A DNA stretch of 64,000 nt. Origin: Nymphaea colorata (Eukaryota). The notes under the pieces are model-generated. The model was not told the origin of the DNA. It saw only the letters and a list, made by a program, of their open reading frames with translations, and ran no database searches. The position numbers and the translations under genes are program-made. Positions 63,461 to 64,000 of this stretch are shown here, piece by piece; positions within the stretch are counted from its first letter, which is position 1, and every line of letters begins with the position of its first letter. Location: assembly GCF_008831285.2 (NCBI RefSeq), contig NC_045138.2:34844001-34908000 (forward strand), in the 5' to 3' direction.

Positions 63461-64000
63461 CTTGAAAATGGTCATTTGTGATTAAAGACGGATATGAATA
63501 TTTGATCAAAGGTCAGAAATGGTAAATCTGATTCATTCTAATCCATTGAGTGCGATGGAATTGAACCAACTTCACTCAATCTCTCTCTAGAGATCAATTT
63601 TCTGTTATTCGCTTCTCTTCTCTTCTCTTCTCTTCTCTAAAAGGTCTCCCTAATTTTGCTTCTAGTCTCATATCCCCCTATGAATGTAAACGACATTAAA
63701 CTTTATTGTGACACAACTTTGATGAGGTATGAGATGCCTTTCATCACATTCATTGATTTTACAAGCGCGAAATTTCAAACAAAACGAATAAACATCAATA
63801 AACTTGGACACACACAAAGGCTCTTGCATTTCTAGCAAAAGCGCATCTATCAAATTGACAAGACAATGCACGTTTGAAATTTTGATTAGGCAACCCCCTG
63901 AGAAGGCTCGGTGGGGCAAAGAAGGAGAAGAAAATCAAAGGGAGAAAAGGCAAAAACCAAAGCTGATCTTCATATTGGACAGCAAGGCAAGCCCAACAAT

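Noticed and set aside
63655..63670. CTAG|T as a Helitron 3' end for the gene-fragment train
   Set aside because: No GC-rich hairpin 10-15 nt upstream.

Overview
This is plant (angiosperm) nuclear DNA consisting of two contigs joined by a 100-N gap (28523-28622). Left contig (1-28522): a recent ~15.07-kb tandem duplication. The unit carries, all on the minus strand, a decayed BURP gene, a MIK2/At4g08850-like LRR receptor kinase, an internally deleted BURP remnant and an RD22-type BURP gene with one frameshift. The kinase is intact in copy 1 and has five 1-nt deletions in copy 2. The contig ends inside a PIF/Harbinger-like element. Right contig: ~5.75 kb of (CCCTAAA)n oriented as a true chromosome end, followed by a subtelomere-like region of dead, intron-containing gene copies and fragments (JMJ21-like F-box/JmjC, ZYP1, a P-loop NTPase, one RAN exon, an LCKB2-like lipid kinase), MITEs, a dispersed segmental duplicate and many short tandem duplications. 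Only one clearly intact gene is present. The most suggestive biology is the BURP + MIK2-like receptor module, and that link is a hypothesis. The most certain oddity is the internal telomere, probably a scaffolding misjoin. Family assignments come from recognising motifs from memory; no database searches were run.
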